This document shows, one piece after another, positions 50,619 through 64,000 of a stretch of DNA of 64,000 bases. The position numbers and the translations under genes are program-made. Every line of letters starts with the position of its first letter. Position 1 is the stretch's first letter. The notes below the pieces were generated by a model. The model was not told the DNA's origin and did not search any database. It saw nothing but the letters and a program-made list of their open reading frames with translations. Origin of the DNA: Octopus vulgaris (lineage: Eukaryota); NCBI GenBank assembly GCA_951406725.2, contig OX597833.1:66154001-66218000 (forward strand). Direction: 5' to 3'.

Positions 50619-52421
50619 GCCATCCAAGCCTGGTACTTGTTTTATCGGGCGATGTTATCGAACCGCTATATTAAAGGGACGTAAACAAACCAAGACCGGT
50701 CGTCAAGTGATGCTGAATGGGGTCAAACACACACACATTCACGCAGTTACATATCTTTTATCATACTTGTATATGTCATGGGACTAGAGCCATGCTGGGG
50801 CACCGCCTTGAAGGGTTCAGTCGAACAAATCGACCCCAGTACTTTAATCCTAACCGCAGCTGCTAATTCTATCGACCGCTTTTGCTAAATCGCTACGTTA
50901 GGGGGGGGCAAACAAACCAACACCGGTTATGCACACAGATATATATACTAAGAACTTCCACATACTTTCCGCCTAGCAAAAATCACACAGAAACCAGCCG
51001 ACCCGTGCAACAGCAGAAGACACTTGCCCCATGGTGCCGCGCAGTGAGACTGAACTTGAAATCTAGTGGTGTGGAAGCGAGCTTCTGAGCCAGGCAGCCA
51101 TACACGTTAGCACGCCGGGCGAAATGCGAAGCCATATTTCGTCTGCCGTTACGTTCTGAGTTCAAATTCCGCCGAGGTCGACTTTGCCTTTCATCCTTTC
51201 AGGGTCGATAAATTAAGTACCAGTTACGCACTAGGATCGATATAATCGTCTTAATCCGTTTGTCTGTCCCTTCTGTGTTTAGCCCCATGTGGGTAGTAAA
51301 GAAATAGCCATACACGCACCTATGAACCCCCCACACACACACACGCAACCTTGATGGGTTGGTACTACTTAAGAAGAGTGGTCCCAGTGCGCGCATTCGC
51401 GTGCTCGCGCATCCGCACTAGCTAGTCGTGACTAGTCGATCCTTACTTTGTGTTTTTGTGTTTTATTTACTTTGTTTTTTAAAAAAATGGATTAATTCTC
51501 AACAAAATACACTTCTAAACTTGCTAGTTCAGTCGAGTTTTGGACCAGTGTTTTACGAAAAAAAAAAAACTCGTTCGCGCCCAAAATAATTTTTGTGTGG
51601 GTGAAGGCGGGGTGGGGAGACAGATGAACGATGTCTCATTCTCTACTATATATATATAAAATGAACCATTTCTTAAACATACACGATATAGTCTATAAAT
51701 GTGGGATGTTTTTGAAAGATAATATATTTTATCATCAGAATATATATACTTTCTCACACTACAATTAAGATATATTTATTTTAAATTCCCGCACTTACTG
51801 TATTTATTCCATCAGTTCCTTTTGCCGAACCACTAAAAATGCAGGGATGTAAATAAACCAACACCTCTTTTTATCAAACAGTAAGAGATACACACACACA
51901 CACAATAATACATACAACGGACTTCTTCCAAACAGTTTCCGTCTACTAAGTTTCCTCACAGATATTGGCAGACTCGGGGCTATAGTAGATGATGACGGTG
52001 GCCCAAGGTGCCGGGTAACGGGACAGAACCCGAAACCACTACATGACTGCGAAGTAAACTTCTAAACCACACAACCATCCCTGCGACTGTGTGTATGTGT
52101 GCGTGCGTGAGAGAGAGAGAGCTCAAATAATGCGATTCTTTGATAAAGATAAGACAAAAACAATAAGGATATTTTCATTTGCTGCAGAAGGAAAAACAAA
52201 AACGTATTTTAATAAAAGTCATAATAATCTGGTTAAAAGCTGACTGGGGCTTCACGTCTGACCTTAACGGCTTTTTCAGTAGAATTCTGAAAAAAGATAT
52301 TCCTGTTTGTTTATTTTCTTTGAGTTTTAACTCAAGAATGAAGGCATCACCCCTGAGCTTTCATAGGGCTACCGAGACTTGTAAGAGGGAAGGAAAAAGC
52401 GACACATACCACACAAGTGTG

Positions 52422-52827
52422 GGATCTTTTCGGTTTGAACGGCAGTTTTTAACATAATTTCTAGGTAACTAAAAAATTTTAAACTTCGTATACTGGTAGA
52501 ATGTGTTTATAAAACATCTTTTTCTCTTGGCTTTATTGTGAAAATTCTATAGTTTGTAAGATATTTCGTCTTTAATTGCTTGCATTTTGGCAATTTTAAC
52601 CAAGCAATAACCGTCTATTGAGGTGAAAACATTCTGTGCCGTATGAATATGTCCCTCGTTTAAGAAACAGATTGGGTTTATTTACATTTCTGAAGAAAAA
52701 AAGATACCCTAACCCTAACCCTAAATCTAAAACATTGAAATGCAATAGATCGATACTAGGCTCATAATTATGGGTGACAATTTCATGACACCGCTAGAAA
52801 AAACTGCCGTTCAAACCGAAAAGATCC
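52422..52827. mobile_element. 406-bp MITE with 29-bp TIRs and an internal telomere-like tract
   Basis: GGATCTTTTCGGTTTGAACGGCAGTTTTT ... AAAAACTGCCGTTCAAACCGAAAAGATCC, with CCCTAACCCTAACCCTAA near 52708-52725. Confidence 0.85.
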
Positions 52828-53471
52828 AATTTCATTAAAAAAACATTAATTTTTATTTATTTATATTCTTTAAGAGGAAACATGGTCGAGCGGGTACACA
52901 TTTGTGATGCCGGATGAAGGTAATATAAACGAAAAATACACCGCCGATAGTTGTTGTTGACAAACAACGGCAGTAATTTTATTCAACTGAATACACGTCG
53001 TTGATTGGTTGAAATTACCGAAATAGGCCTATTTTAACGTGAAATTACTTCGTAAATATAAGTTTTTCTCAAAAATGCTATGAGTAAAAGATGTTTTATA
53101 TGACACATTCTACCAGTGTCCGAAGTTTGAAAGTGTTTAGTTACAAAAAATTATTTTAAAAATCTGTCGGTCAAACGGTAAAGATCTAAAACCACTTCAA
53201 ATCGGTGATGTCCATTCCGTGGGTTTTTAAGGCTGTGTACTCTTTACTCTTTGACTTGTTTCAGTCATTTGACTGCGGCCATGCTGGAGCACCGCCTTTA
53301 GTCGAGCAAATTGACCCCCCCCCCCCAGGACTTATTCTTTGTAAGCCCAGTACTTATTCTATCGGTCCCTCTTTTGCCGAACCGCTAAGTGACGGGGACG
53401 TAAACACACCAGCATCGGTTGTCAAGCAATGCTAGGGGGACAAACACAGACACACAAACATACACACAAAC

Positions 53472-53502
<31 letters not shown>

Positions 53503-55748
53503 TACGACGGGTTTCTTTCAGTTTCCGTCTACCAAATCCACTCACAAGGCTTTGGTCGACCCGAGGCTATAGTAGAAGACACTTGCCCAAGATGCCACGC
53601 AGTGGGACTGAACCCGGAACAATGTGGTTTGTAAGCAAGCTACTTACCACCACACAGCCAGTCGTTTGTGATTTTAGGGAAATTTGGTTACTATGTTTAG
53701 CGGGAATGAGTGACAGCAATGAAAAAACTCCTTGGCTAATTTCGCTGCTGTGTCTAGGAGGTCGAACTACATTGCTGACAGAGGGAATTAAGAGTGAAAC
53801 GAGAGATGTTCTTAGTCGTGGTGGTGGTGGTGTGTGTGTGTGTGTGGACGACATACGTTGACTAAGCTATTTATAAAAATGACGGCCAACAGAGAACAGC
53901 AAATGTTTGAGGTTAATTATAGAGACCTGAGCAATTTTAAGAGGAAGGAAGATAAGAAGGAAAGCAAGGACGAGAGAGAGAGATAAATATAGGGTGGGGA
54001 GAGAGGGAGGAAGAGAGAGAGAGAGAGAGAGATTGGAAAGTGCAGAAAGACAATGGTAGACGAGAAGAGAAAGAGAGAGATGGGAGGTGAAACAAAAGGA
54101 GAGGAGAGAGACAGGATTATGGAAAGACACTGAAATTTAGAGATCAGATGAGAAACAGAGAGGAGAAGAGAGGGGAAAAGTAAGAGAGAGGAAAAGAGAA
54201 AGGAAAGGTAAAAGAGAGAGAGAGAGAGAGAAGAGCATGTAATGAAAAGATAGTCAAAAACAACAAAAAAAAAGTCTTTTCACGTGAATCAAAACCGAAA
54301 GTAAATACGAGAAATTCAATGAATTTTAAAGCTGAAGTATATACGATAAAAACGAGCCCGTATGTGGTCACGAATTATGCAAGAAACAGCAGCCATTCAC
54401 ACACACACACAAACGCAGTTTTTAATGAATGTGAGGCAAATGCTACTTCAGGGCGATGGCGTAAGTAAATAAATGGATAAAGCTTGCAATGAGGGTGGAT
54501 CAAAACACAGTTTCCATTCGCCAAAGTTTCAACAGGAAGCGCAAGGTGTGTAAAGGTAAAATACTAGAGACGTAAAGACATCGTTAGCACAACAATGGCT
54601 GTAAGAAAATGGAGGGTTTTCTACTGCAACCTGCATGCACATACATACATGCACACGGACATTGCAAACATATGTACACACACACAAATTGTGTGCGTGT
54701 TCATACATATGTGTAGCTTGCTTACCAGCCACATGGTTCCGGGTTCAGTCCCACTGCGTGGCACCTTGGGCAAGAGTATAGCCTCGGCCTGACCAAAGCC
54801 TTGTGAGCAGATTTGGTAGAAGGAAACTGAAAGAAGCCTGCGGTGTATATATATATATATGTATATGTTTGTGTGTCTGTATTTGTCAATCGATGTTGGT
54901 TATATACGGTCCGTAACTTAGCGGTTCGGCAAAAGAGACCGATAGAATAAGTACTAGGCTTACAACAAAAACTAAACTCTGGGGTCGATTTGCTCGACTA
55001 AAGGCGGTGCTCCAGCATGGCTGCAGTTAAATGACTGAAAAGATTATATATATATATATACATACATACACACACACACAATGTAATTTAGATTCAGTTG
55101 AATTAGGTACTTAAATGGAGGTACCTTGTTAGGACGAACTTATTTGCCCACACAGAATTATTCCCCCGGCCCCAATATTTATGCAGTGTATGCAGATGGC
55201 ATGATGCCCCAGCATGACCATAGTTCGAGGACTGAAACCAGTGAAAGATAGAAGACGTATTGCAATGTAAGCATAGTTATTCGTAACGGTGGTTCGAAAC
55301 CTCAACCGCTAGATAATCGGTCAGACACTATGAACGAACCATCATAGATTCACGCAACTGGTTTATTAATCTACCGACCAGCGGAAGGCTGTGGCGTGAG
55401 AGGACTTTCTAAAATGTCCTTTCCAGCTCCCTAAAAAAAGCCCGTTTTGCCTCACGATTAATTGTAGAATGCATGTGCCTCCATTCTTGTCACGCTGACG
55501 GCTCCAGACATTTACACAGACAATTCCAGGTTCTAGGACAGACCCATTGCTAACATTCGCACAATGTCATACAAGTAACTTCTACAGTCGCAGAAGTGGC
55601 TGTGTGGTAAGTAGCTTGCTTACCAACCACATGGTTCCGGGTTCAATCCCACTGCGTGGCACCTTGGGAAAGTGCCTTCTACTATAACCTCAGGCCGACC
55701 AAAGCCATGTGAGCGGATTTGGTAGACGGAAACTGAAAGAAGCCCGTC

Positions 55749-55795
<47 letters not shown>

Positions 55796-56021
55796 TTTGT
55801 GTGTCTGTGTTTGTCCCCCTAGCATTGCTTGACAACCGATGCTGGTGTGTTTACGTCCCCGTCACTTAGCGGTTCGGCAAAAGAGGGACCGATAGAATAA
55901 GTACTGGGCTTACAAAAGAATAAGTCCCGGGGTCGATATGCTTGACTAAAGGCGGTGCACCAGCATGGCCGCAGTCAAATGACTGAAACAAGTAAAAGAG
56001 AGAGAAAGAGAGTCGCAGCAC

Positions 56022-56058
<37 letters not shown>

Positions 56059-56388
56059 TCAGTCAAACAATGATTTATGCCGTTCATTGTAAACAGCCAA
56101 TATCCAACAAACATCTTTATGTCCAGCAATAAATATTGCTGGACGTAAATATGTCCCTTGTTCGCAAATGTGCTTCCTTTGGGGTTCACGCACCCACGAC
56201 AAGCTGCTCCGCACAGTAACAACAAGCAACATACGGAGCATCGCGACCTCCTGAACATTTACTCCCCCGTGGACTTCCCGGTTTACATAGAAATGAGAGC
56301 TGTCACATCCAATCAGGTTTATGAAGACATAAAACACCTGCGTCCCTGCCCCCGCCCCATGTGTGTGTGGGGCGGTATATATGTCACT

Positions 56389-56800
56389 AAGGCGGCGAGC
56401 TGGCAGAATCGTTAGCACGCCGGGCGAAATGCTTAGCAGTATTTCGTCTGCCGCTACGTTCTGAGTTCAAATTCTGCCGAGGTCGACTTTGCCTTTCATC
56501 CTTTCGGGGTCGATAAATTAAGTACCAGTTGTGCACTGGGGTCGATGTAAAGTTAATCTGTTTGTCTGTCCTTGTTTGTCCCTTCTGTGTTTAGCCCCTT
56601 GTGGGTAATAAAGAAATAGGTATTTCATCTGCCGTTATGTTCTGAGGTCAAATTCCACCGAGGTCAACTTTGCCTTTCATCCTTTCAGGGTCGATAAATT
56701 AAGTACCAGTTACGCACTAGGGTCGATATAATCGACTTAATCCGTTTGTCTCTCCTTGTTTGTCCTCTCTGTGTTTAGCTCCTTGTGGGTAGTAGTGAAA
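56389..56800 (+). mobile_element. SINE family B (Meta-SINE-like central domain, often tandemly duplicated); representative copy
   Basis: AAGGCGGCGAGCTGGCAGAA...GAGTTCAAATTC...GCCTTTCATCCTTTCGGGGTCGATAAATTAAGTACCAG. Other copies at 3295-3525(-), 6143-6306, 16223-16655, 20074-20510, 25780-26096(-), 51105-51305, 56957-57228(-), 60636-61028. Confidence 0.8.
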
Positions 56801-57505
56801 TAGATATATATGTCAGTGGGAGTGTTTGGAGGGTATATTATATATCACTATTTAACATCCGTTTTTCCATGCCAGCATGGGTTGGGCGATTTGACATGAA
56901 CAGATGAAGCAAAGAGTTGTGCTGCAGAGTTCCAATGTCAGCTTTGAAATGATTTCTTATTTCTTTATTGCCCACAAGGGGCTAAACACAGGGTGGACAG
57001 ACAAAGGAATTAAGTCGATTATATCGACCCTCCCCAGTGCGTAACTGGTACTTAATTTATCGACCCCGAAAGGATGAAAGGCAAAGTCGACCTCAGCGGA
57101 ATTTGAACTCAACGTAAAGACAGACGAAATACCTATTTCTTTACTACCCACAAGGGGCTAGACATAGAGAGGACAAACAAGGACAGACAAGGGGATTAAG
57201 TCGATTATATCGACCCCAGTGCATAACTGTCAAACTGTCCGGATCTGACATCTCATACCCCAAAAACATCATTTTTAAATAAACAATCTAGTGCGGGAGT
57301 TGGCTGTGTGGTAAGGAACTTGCCTCCCACCACATGGTTCAGGGATCGGTCCCACTGTGTGGCACCATGGGCAAAAGTCTTCTGTTATAGCCTCGAGCCA
57401 ATCAAAGCCTTGTGCATGGATTTGGTAGACAGAAACCGAAAGAAGTCCTTCGTGTGTGTCTGCTTGTGTGTATATATATATATATATATAAATATCAAAA
57501 TGTGA

Positions 57506-57546
<41 letters not shown>

Positions 57547-57712
57547 CATCGTCGTCTAACGTCCTCTTTCCATGCTTTCCATACTGGCATGGGTTGGATG
57601 GTTTGACTGAGGACTGGTGAGCCAGAAGGCTGCACCAGGCTCAATCTGATCTGGCAAAGTTCTAAAGCTGAATGCCCTTCCTAATGCCAACAACTCAGAG
57701 TGTAGTACATAT

Positions 57713-57759
<47 letters not shown>

Positions 57760-58416
57760 TACTGTTTGTGCTTGTCCCCAATTCACTACTTGACAACCAG
57801 TGTTGGTGGGTTTATGTCCCCTCAACTTCGCATTTCAGCAAAAGAGACAATAGAATAAGTATTAGGCTCTAAAGAAAAAGGTCCTGGGGGTCGATTTGCT
57901 TCACTAAAAACCCTTAAAGGTGGTGCTCCGGCTTCCCAACCACAGTGTTTCAGGTTCAGTCCCACTGCATGGTACTTTGGGCAAGTGTCTTTTACTATAG
58001 CCTCGGGCCCACCAAAGTCTTGTGAGTGGATTTGGTGGGCAGAAGTTCCACCACATGTATATGTATGTGAAAGGGCTCTCGTTTCCTTTGATGATAATGA
58101 TGAAGATGATGATGATGATATATATTATATACACACAACAGGTTTCTTACAGTTTCCATTTACCAAATCCATTCACAAAGGATTATAGCAGAAAATATTT
58201 GCCCAAGGTGCCATGCAGTGGGACTGAACTCAAGCCCACATGATTGAGGAGTAAACCTCTTAACCACACAGCCACATGTGTGCCTAAAACAAAGAAATAC
58301 CACAAATGCAAAGAGGAACTCTTTTGACAGGAAGTTCATTCTAAAACGAGGCTAAATTTTGTTTCCCTACACAGAAGAGTGTGCTTAGCTTTCAATTCCT
58401 AAGCAGCAACAACAGG

Positions 58417-58722
58417 TGGAGGCGCAATGGCCCAGTGGTTAGGGCAGCGGACTCACAGTCGGAGGATCGCAGTTTCGATTCCCTGACCGGGCGTTATGTG
58501 TGTTTATTGAGCGAAAACACCTAAAGCTCCACGAGGCTCCGCCAGGGGGTGGAGGCGACCCCTGTTGTACTCTTTCGCTCCAACTTTCTCTCACTCTTCC
58601 CCGACTTCCTACGCAACCGCTGAGCCTGGATGCGCATTCATCCATCCGTCGATGCTCTCGGTGTCAGGGGATTGACCTGCTTTCTCTTCTGCGGGTCTTA
58701 CGAATAGCAAAGGACCACGTTT
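58417..58722 (+). mobile_element. tRNA-derived SINE; a copy with the same 5' half lies at ~9915-10298 (minus)
   Basis: TGGCCCAGTGGTTAGGGCAG A box, GTTTCGATTCC B box, and a shared AAAACACCTAAAGCTCCACGA body. Confidence 0.7.
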
Positions 58723-59018
58723 CAAAGTTCTCCCAAGGGGACAAAGATTGCTTCGCTCAACAGCAGCAACAACAACAACAACAAAAACATCAAGAGAATT
58801 TGAACCGTGGGGTTTTATGTAATTCAGATATTGGCAACCAAGAGTTAAATAACAACAACAACATCGACATCAACACTAACAGCCAAAGTTGCTCGACAAC
58901 ACCAACTCTGCCAACGGGTTACATACAATAGGAGACTAACAATAACACACACCACTGAAACACCAACAGGTTTGATACTGGCGAGCCAAAAACAAGACCA
59001 CACGCCCTCCCACACCAA

Positions 59019-59073
<55 letters not shown>

Positions 59074-59435
59074 CTCGTTCTCTCTGACTCCGTTGCAAAT
59101 CATTCATCCATCCATCGATGCTCCCTTGGTGAAGCCAGAAATCAATATGCTTCGACTTTTTTTTTGATAGTACAAGGATCAAATGAAACTTTGGTAAAAA
59201 CAAAAAAATCGTGGAATCAATAATAATAATAATGGAGGTCAGGGTTGAAGGCAGAGTTCCACCCCTGCTTTAAGTGTGGCCTGAAGGACCACGTTAGAGC
59301 AGACTGCATGACAAGGACCAGGAAAGCAGAAGAGAAACGGGGTTGATAAATCAAATACCAGTTTTGTACTGGGGTCGATGTGATTGACAGTCACCCTCCC
59401 CACAAAATCCAGGCCTTATGCCTATAATAGAAAAG

Positions 59436-59476
<41 letters not shown>

Positions 59477-61056
59477 TCGTTTAACATCCGTTCTCCATGC
59501 TAGCATGGGTTGGACAGTTCGACCAGGGTCTGGGAAGCCAGAAAGGCTGCACCAGGCTCCAGTCTGATCTGGCAGTGTTTCTACAGCTGGATGCCCTTCC
59601 TAACGCCAACCACTCTGAGAGTGTAGTGGGTGCTTTTTACGTGCCACCAGCACAGCAGCCAGGTAAGGCTGGCAATGGCCACGATAGGATTGGTGCATTT
59701 TACGTGCCACCGGCACGGAAGCCAGTCAAGGCGGCGCTGGCATCGGCCACGATTTGGATGGTGCTTTTTACGTGTCACTGGCACAGAAGCCAGTCAAAGT
59801 GGCGCTGTATTATTATTATTATTATTATTATTATCATTAGCACACCACGCAGCATTTCCTCCACCTTTCTGAGTTCAAAAGCCACCTAGGTTGACTTAGC
59901 CTTTCAAACTTTGAGGGCGATAAAATAAAATACCAGCCAAGCACTGGGGCTGATGAAATCCACTAACCTCTCCATTCAAAATTGCTGGCCCTGTGCCTAA
60001 AATAGAAACCATTGTTATTAACAATATTCATACCAGCTGCTACTGCGTAACCCGATTTCAATCAGACATATGATACATAGGCGCAGGAGTGGCTGTGTGG
60101 TAAGTAGCTTGCTTACGAACCACATGGTTCTGGGTTCAGTCCCACTGTGTAACACCTTGGGCAAGTGACTTCTACTATAGCCTCGGGCCGACCAAAGCCT
60201 TGTGAGTGGATTTGGTAGACGGAAACTGAAAGAAGCCCATCATATATATGTATATATATATATATATATGTATATGTGTGTATAAGTTTGTGTGTCTGTG
60301 TTTGTCCCCCTAGCATTGCTTGACAACCAATGCTGGTGTGTTGACATCCCTGTAACTTAGCAGTTCAGCAAAAGAGACCGATAAAATAAGTACTAGGCTT
60401 ACAAAGAATAAGTGCTGGGGTCAATTTGCTCGACGAAAGGTCACAGTCGAATGAAACGAGTAAAAGAGTAAAAAGAGTATAGTCACGGAATGAAGCTGCA
60501 ACCCTAAAGGTTAAAGTTCCAGGAGATATTGCATAAGCTACCCCTAATCAACAAGCCATGCTGTATACCCTCACATGTAGTGATTGATCGTTTAGCATTT
60601 AATCTGGCCATATCCTGCCCAAATATCCTACCTGTAAGGCGGCGAGCTGGCAGAAATGTTAGCACGCCGGGCGAAATACTTAGCGGTATTTCATCTGACG
60701 TTATGTACCGAGTTCAAATTCTGCCAAGGTTGAGTTTGCCTTTCATCCTTTAGGGGGTCGATAAATTAAGTAACAGTTACGCACCAGGGTCGATATAACC
60801 GACTTAATCTGTTTGTCCTCTCTGTGTTTAGCCCCTTGTGGGTGGTAAAGAAATAGGTATTTTGTCTACCGTTATGTTCTGAGTTCAAATTCCGCCGAGG
60901 TCAACTTTGCCTTTCGGGGTCGATTAAAGTACCAGTTTACACACTGGGGTCGATATAATCGACTTAGTCCCTTTGTCTGTTCTTGTTTGTCCCCTCTATG
61001 TTTAGCCTCCTGTGGGCAATAAAGAAACAAATATTCTACCTGTATTGAGTTCAAAC

Positions 61057-61317
61057 CAGGAGTCGGAAACAATTACGGGGTAGCTGGAGTCAGAGTCAGT
61101 AAAACTATACTGACTGACTCTGACTCACAATGTCTTTATATTCTTTAATATAAACCACTTATAACATGTAGGCCTACTCAGAGTACAAGTGTATGCAAAT
61201 GCTTTACAAGATATGTAGACCACAATCACTTAATTACAAAAAGAGGAGTCGGAGTCAAAGGTGCCAATAGCAGAAGAGTCAGAGTCAAAGTTTTTTTGTT
61301 TCGACTCCTCAGCCCTG
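61057..61317. mobile_element. hAT-like MITE
   Basis: CAGG...CCCTG ends, internal GAGTC repeats, and an 8-bp TSD (g/a)TTCAAAC at 61049-61056 and 61318-61325. Confidence 0.65.
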
Positions 61318-62825
61318 ATTCAAACCAGCCAAATCTGGCTTATCACACCTATCCTACAATGTCATTCAAAAAAATAACCAATCATATCACTGAAATCTCA
61401 AAGCTACCAGATAGCGAGCGAGGTCGTTGCCAGTGCTGCTGGACTGGCTCCTCTGCAGGTGGCACATAAAAAGCACCATTTGGGCGTGGCCGTTGCCAGT
61501 ACCACCAAACTGGCCCTCGTGCCGGTGGCACGTAAAAGCACCCACTACACTCTCAGAGTGGTTGGTGTTAGGAAGGGCATCCAGCCGTAGAAACTCTGCC
61601 AGATCAGATTGGAGTCTGGTTCGCCAGACCTCAGTCAAATCGTCCAACCCATGCTAGCATGGAAAGCGGACGTTAAACGATGATGATGATGATGATGATG
61701 GTGATGAGACAAGGCATGAAGAATCAGAAACACTTTCAATAAATAAATATTATACAGGAGTGGCTGTGTGGTAAGTAGCTTGTTTACCGACCACATGGTT
61801 CCGGGTTCAGTCCCACTGCGTGGCAGCTTGGGCAAGTGTCTTCTACTATAGCCTCAGGCCGACCAAAGCCTTGTGAGTGGATTTGGTAGACGGAAACTGA
61901 AAGAAGCCTGTTGCATATATGTTTATATATATGCGTGTGTGTGTTTGTATGTCTGTTTGTCCCCCTAGCATTGCTTGACAACCGATGTTGGTGTGTTTAC
62001 GTCCCCGTCACTTAGCGGTTCAGCAAAAGACACACGATAGAATAAGTACTGGGCTTACAAAAAGAATAAGTCCCAGGGTCGAGTTGCTCGATTAAAGGCG
62101 GTGCTCCAGCATGGCCGCAGTCAAATGACTGAAACAAGTAAAAGAGTAGTGCCATTTGACAGAGTAATCCTGAATGCTAAAGGATTAGCAATAAGGTGTA
62201 AAGACGCATTGCATTCTCTCCCTTGTTCAGTCCACATCTGCATGCTTGTTACTGCTGCTGCTGCTGTTATTGTTTAGCCCTAGGCCAGGCCTGAAAGAAT
62301 TACATCCATGGCATGTCGACGACCAACATAAATGCCGAGGTTTGATCGACCCATCGCAGAATCTATAGCAGCAGATATTATTTACATACCTCTCTGCTTA
62401 GCTACAAAGCTTGCTACACATTCCGACAACATGCATATTGCAGTTTATCATTCAGTTGTGGCAGTAGGAACTTCCAATGTGCAGCAACTCGCATCTTGGT
62501 GCTAAAGTGTTCTCACCTTATATTATTACAAGGTATTTGGGTAAATAAATGCTACTTTCCTTCCTTCTTCCGTATATAATGGCAAAACGGTTTGGTGAGT
62601 GTGTTGATTGTAAATAGTTGTGTTATAAAACTAAGCGACTGTTAGATGCATCAGGGTTTTCAATACCTTTCCACCAGAAGGGTCTTTAGGGCTAACGAAA
62701 CAGAGAGATAAAGGTCGGGGGTTGTGCAGGGATAGAAAGGGCAGCTGGGAGACAAAGACAGGAAGAGAAATACAAACACAACACACATACACATACACAC
62801 ATGCATGCATTAGCACAGTTTGGAG

Positions 62826-63150
62826 AGAGAGACAAATAGGCAGAGAAGAAGAGAGACAGAGAATGTGGAGATAAACTAAAGACAAAATGAGAGGGAAATG
62901 AAAGAGAGAGAGAGAGAGGGAGAGAGACAGACAAATAGAGAGAGAAGAGAGACAGAGAATGTGGAGATATACTAAAGACAAAATTAGAGGGAAATGAAAG
63001 AGAAAGAGAGAAAGAGAGAGAGAGACAAATAGACAGAGAAGACGAGAGACAGAGAATGTGGCGATATACTAAAGACAAAATGAAAGAGAGAGAGGGAAAT
63101 GAAAGAAAGAGAGGGAAATGAGAGAGAGAGAGAAAGAGAGACAGAGACAG
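62826..63150. repeat. Purine-rich ~85-95-bp tandem repeat, three copies
   Basis: GAGAGACAGAGAATGTGG(A/C)GATA(A/T)ACTAAAGACAAAAT occurs three times. Confidence 0.85.
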
Positions 63151-63285
63151 ACAGTGTTCTGTTAGTCTCACCAAGTGAGCCTGATACTTAGAACTAACTA
63201 CAATGAGATCCATGGACATACTAATTCCTACAGCATACACACACACACACACACACACACACATTCCCACAGCTGCATGCACATC

Positions 63286-63364
<79 letters not shown>

Positions 63365-63579
63365 AACACACCACCATCATAAATTAAAAAAGACCTCTTG
63401 TCAAGTATTCTATCCAGATGCCTTCAGGCAGTAGTGGGAGTATACAAACAAACAATACACTCATATACTCACACACTCTCTCTCTCTCTCTATCTCTCCT
63501 CATATTTACCTATCAACCTCACTTGAACAAGGCCACAGCCTCTACGCGAACACTTGACCTACAAGAAATAACAAAATCA

Positions 63580-64000
63580 GATCTTTTCGGTTTGACTGGC
63601 AGTCTTTTCTAGCGGTATCATATGAAATTGTCACCCATAATTATGACCCTAGTATCGATCTATTGCATTTCAATCTGTGTTAGGGTTAGTTAGGGGTTGG
63701 GAGAAGGGTATCTTTTTTTCTTCACAAATGTAAATAAACACAATCTGTTTCTTAAACAAGGGACATATTCATACGGCACAGAATGGTTTTTTTTTACCTC
63801 AATAGACGTCAGTGATTGGTTGAAATTGCAGAAAGTGAAGGAAAAAAAACATCAAATATCTTACAAACTATAGAATTTTCTCAATAAAGCCAAGAGAAAA
63901 AGATGTTTTATAAACACATTCTACCAGTATACGAAGTTTAAAAGTGTTTAAGTTACGTGGAAATTATTTTTAAAAACTGCCGGTCAAACCGAAAAGATCC
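63580..64000. mobile_element. Second, inverted copy of the GGATC-TIR MITE
   Basis: Same TIRs and body in reverse orientation, with TTAGGGTTAG inside. A diverged half copy lies at ~52995-53187. Confidence 0.8.

Noticed and set aside
389-63612. Numerous short ORFs rich in YI/CV/HT or sharing [16 protein letters not shown]
   Set aside because: Translations of dinucleotide repeats, SINE copies, or antisense frames of the real exons.

Overview
Eukaryotic, AT-rich, microsatellite-saturated genomic DNA. The repeat families suggest a cephalopod such as Octopus (inference). I can support one protein-coding gene, on the minus strand: two giant coding exons (45531-40092 and 31302-26762) joined by a phase-1 GT-AG intron. 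The splice rebuilds a zinc-finger linker (HTTG|KRQFQC) and gives a ~3,326-aa, largely low-complexity protein. It has four central C2H2/C2HC fingers, a C-terminal degenerate finger, a 15-copy 20-aa repeat and about 15 SUMO-consensus sites. The rest is microsatellites and interspersed repeats: several tRNA-headed SINE families, LINE ends, mariner relics, non-autonomous Helitrons and MITEs. The most interesting signal is four type I hammerhead ribozyme motifs from three unrelated repeat families. Two sit in a tRNA-headed SINE-like element arranged as a head-to-head pair just upstream of the gene's large first coding exon. One lies in a 357-bp tandem-plus-inverted Penelope/retrozyme-like unit. One carries the compensatory U3-A8 core pair. 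Nearly all short ORFs in the track are microsatellite or SINE artefacts. Structures were read by eye and repeat boundaries are approximate.
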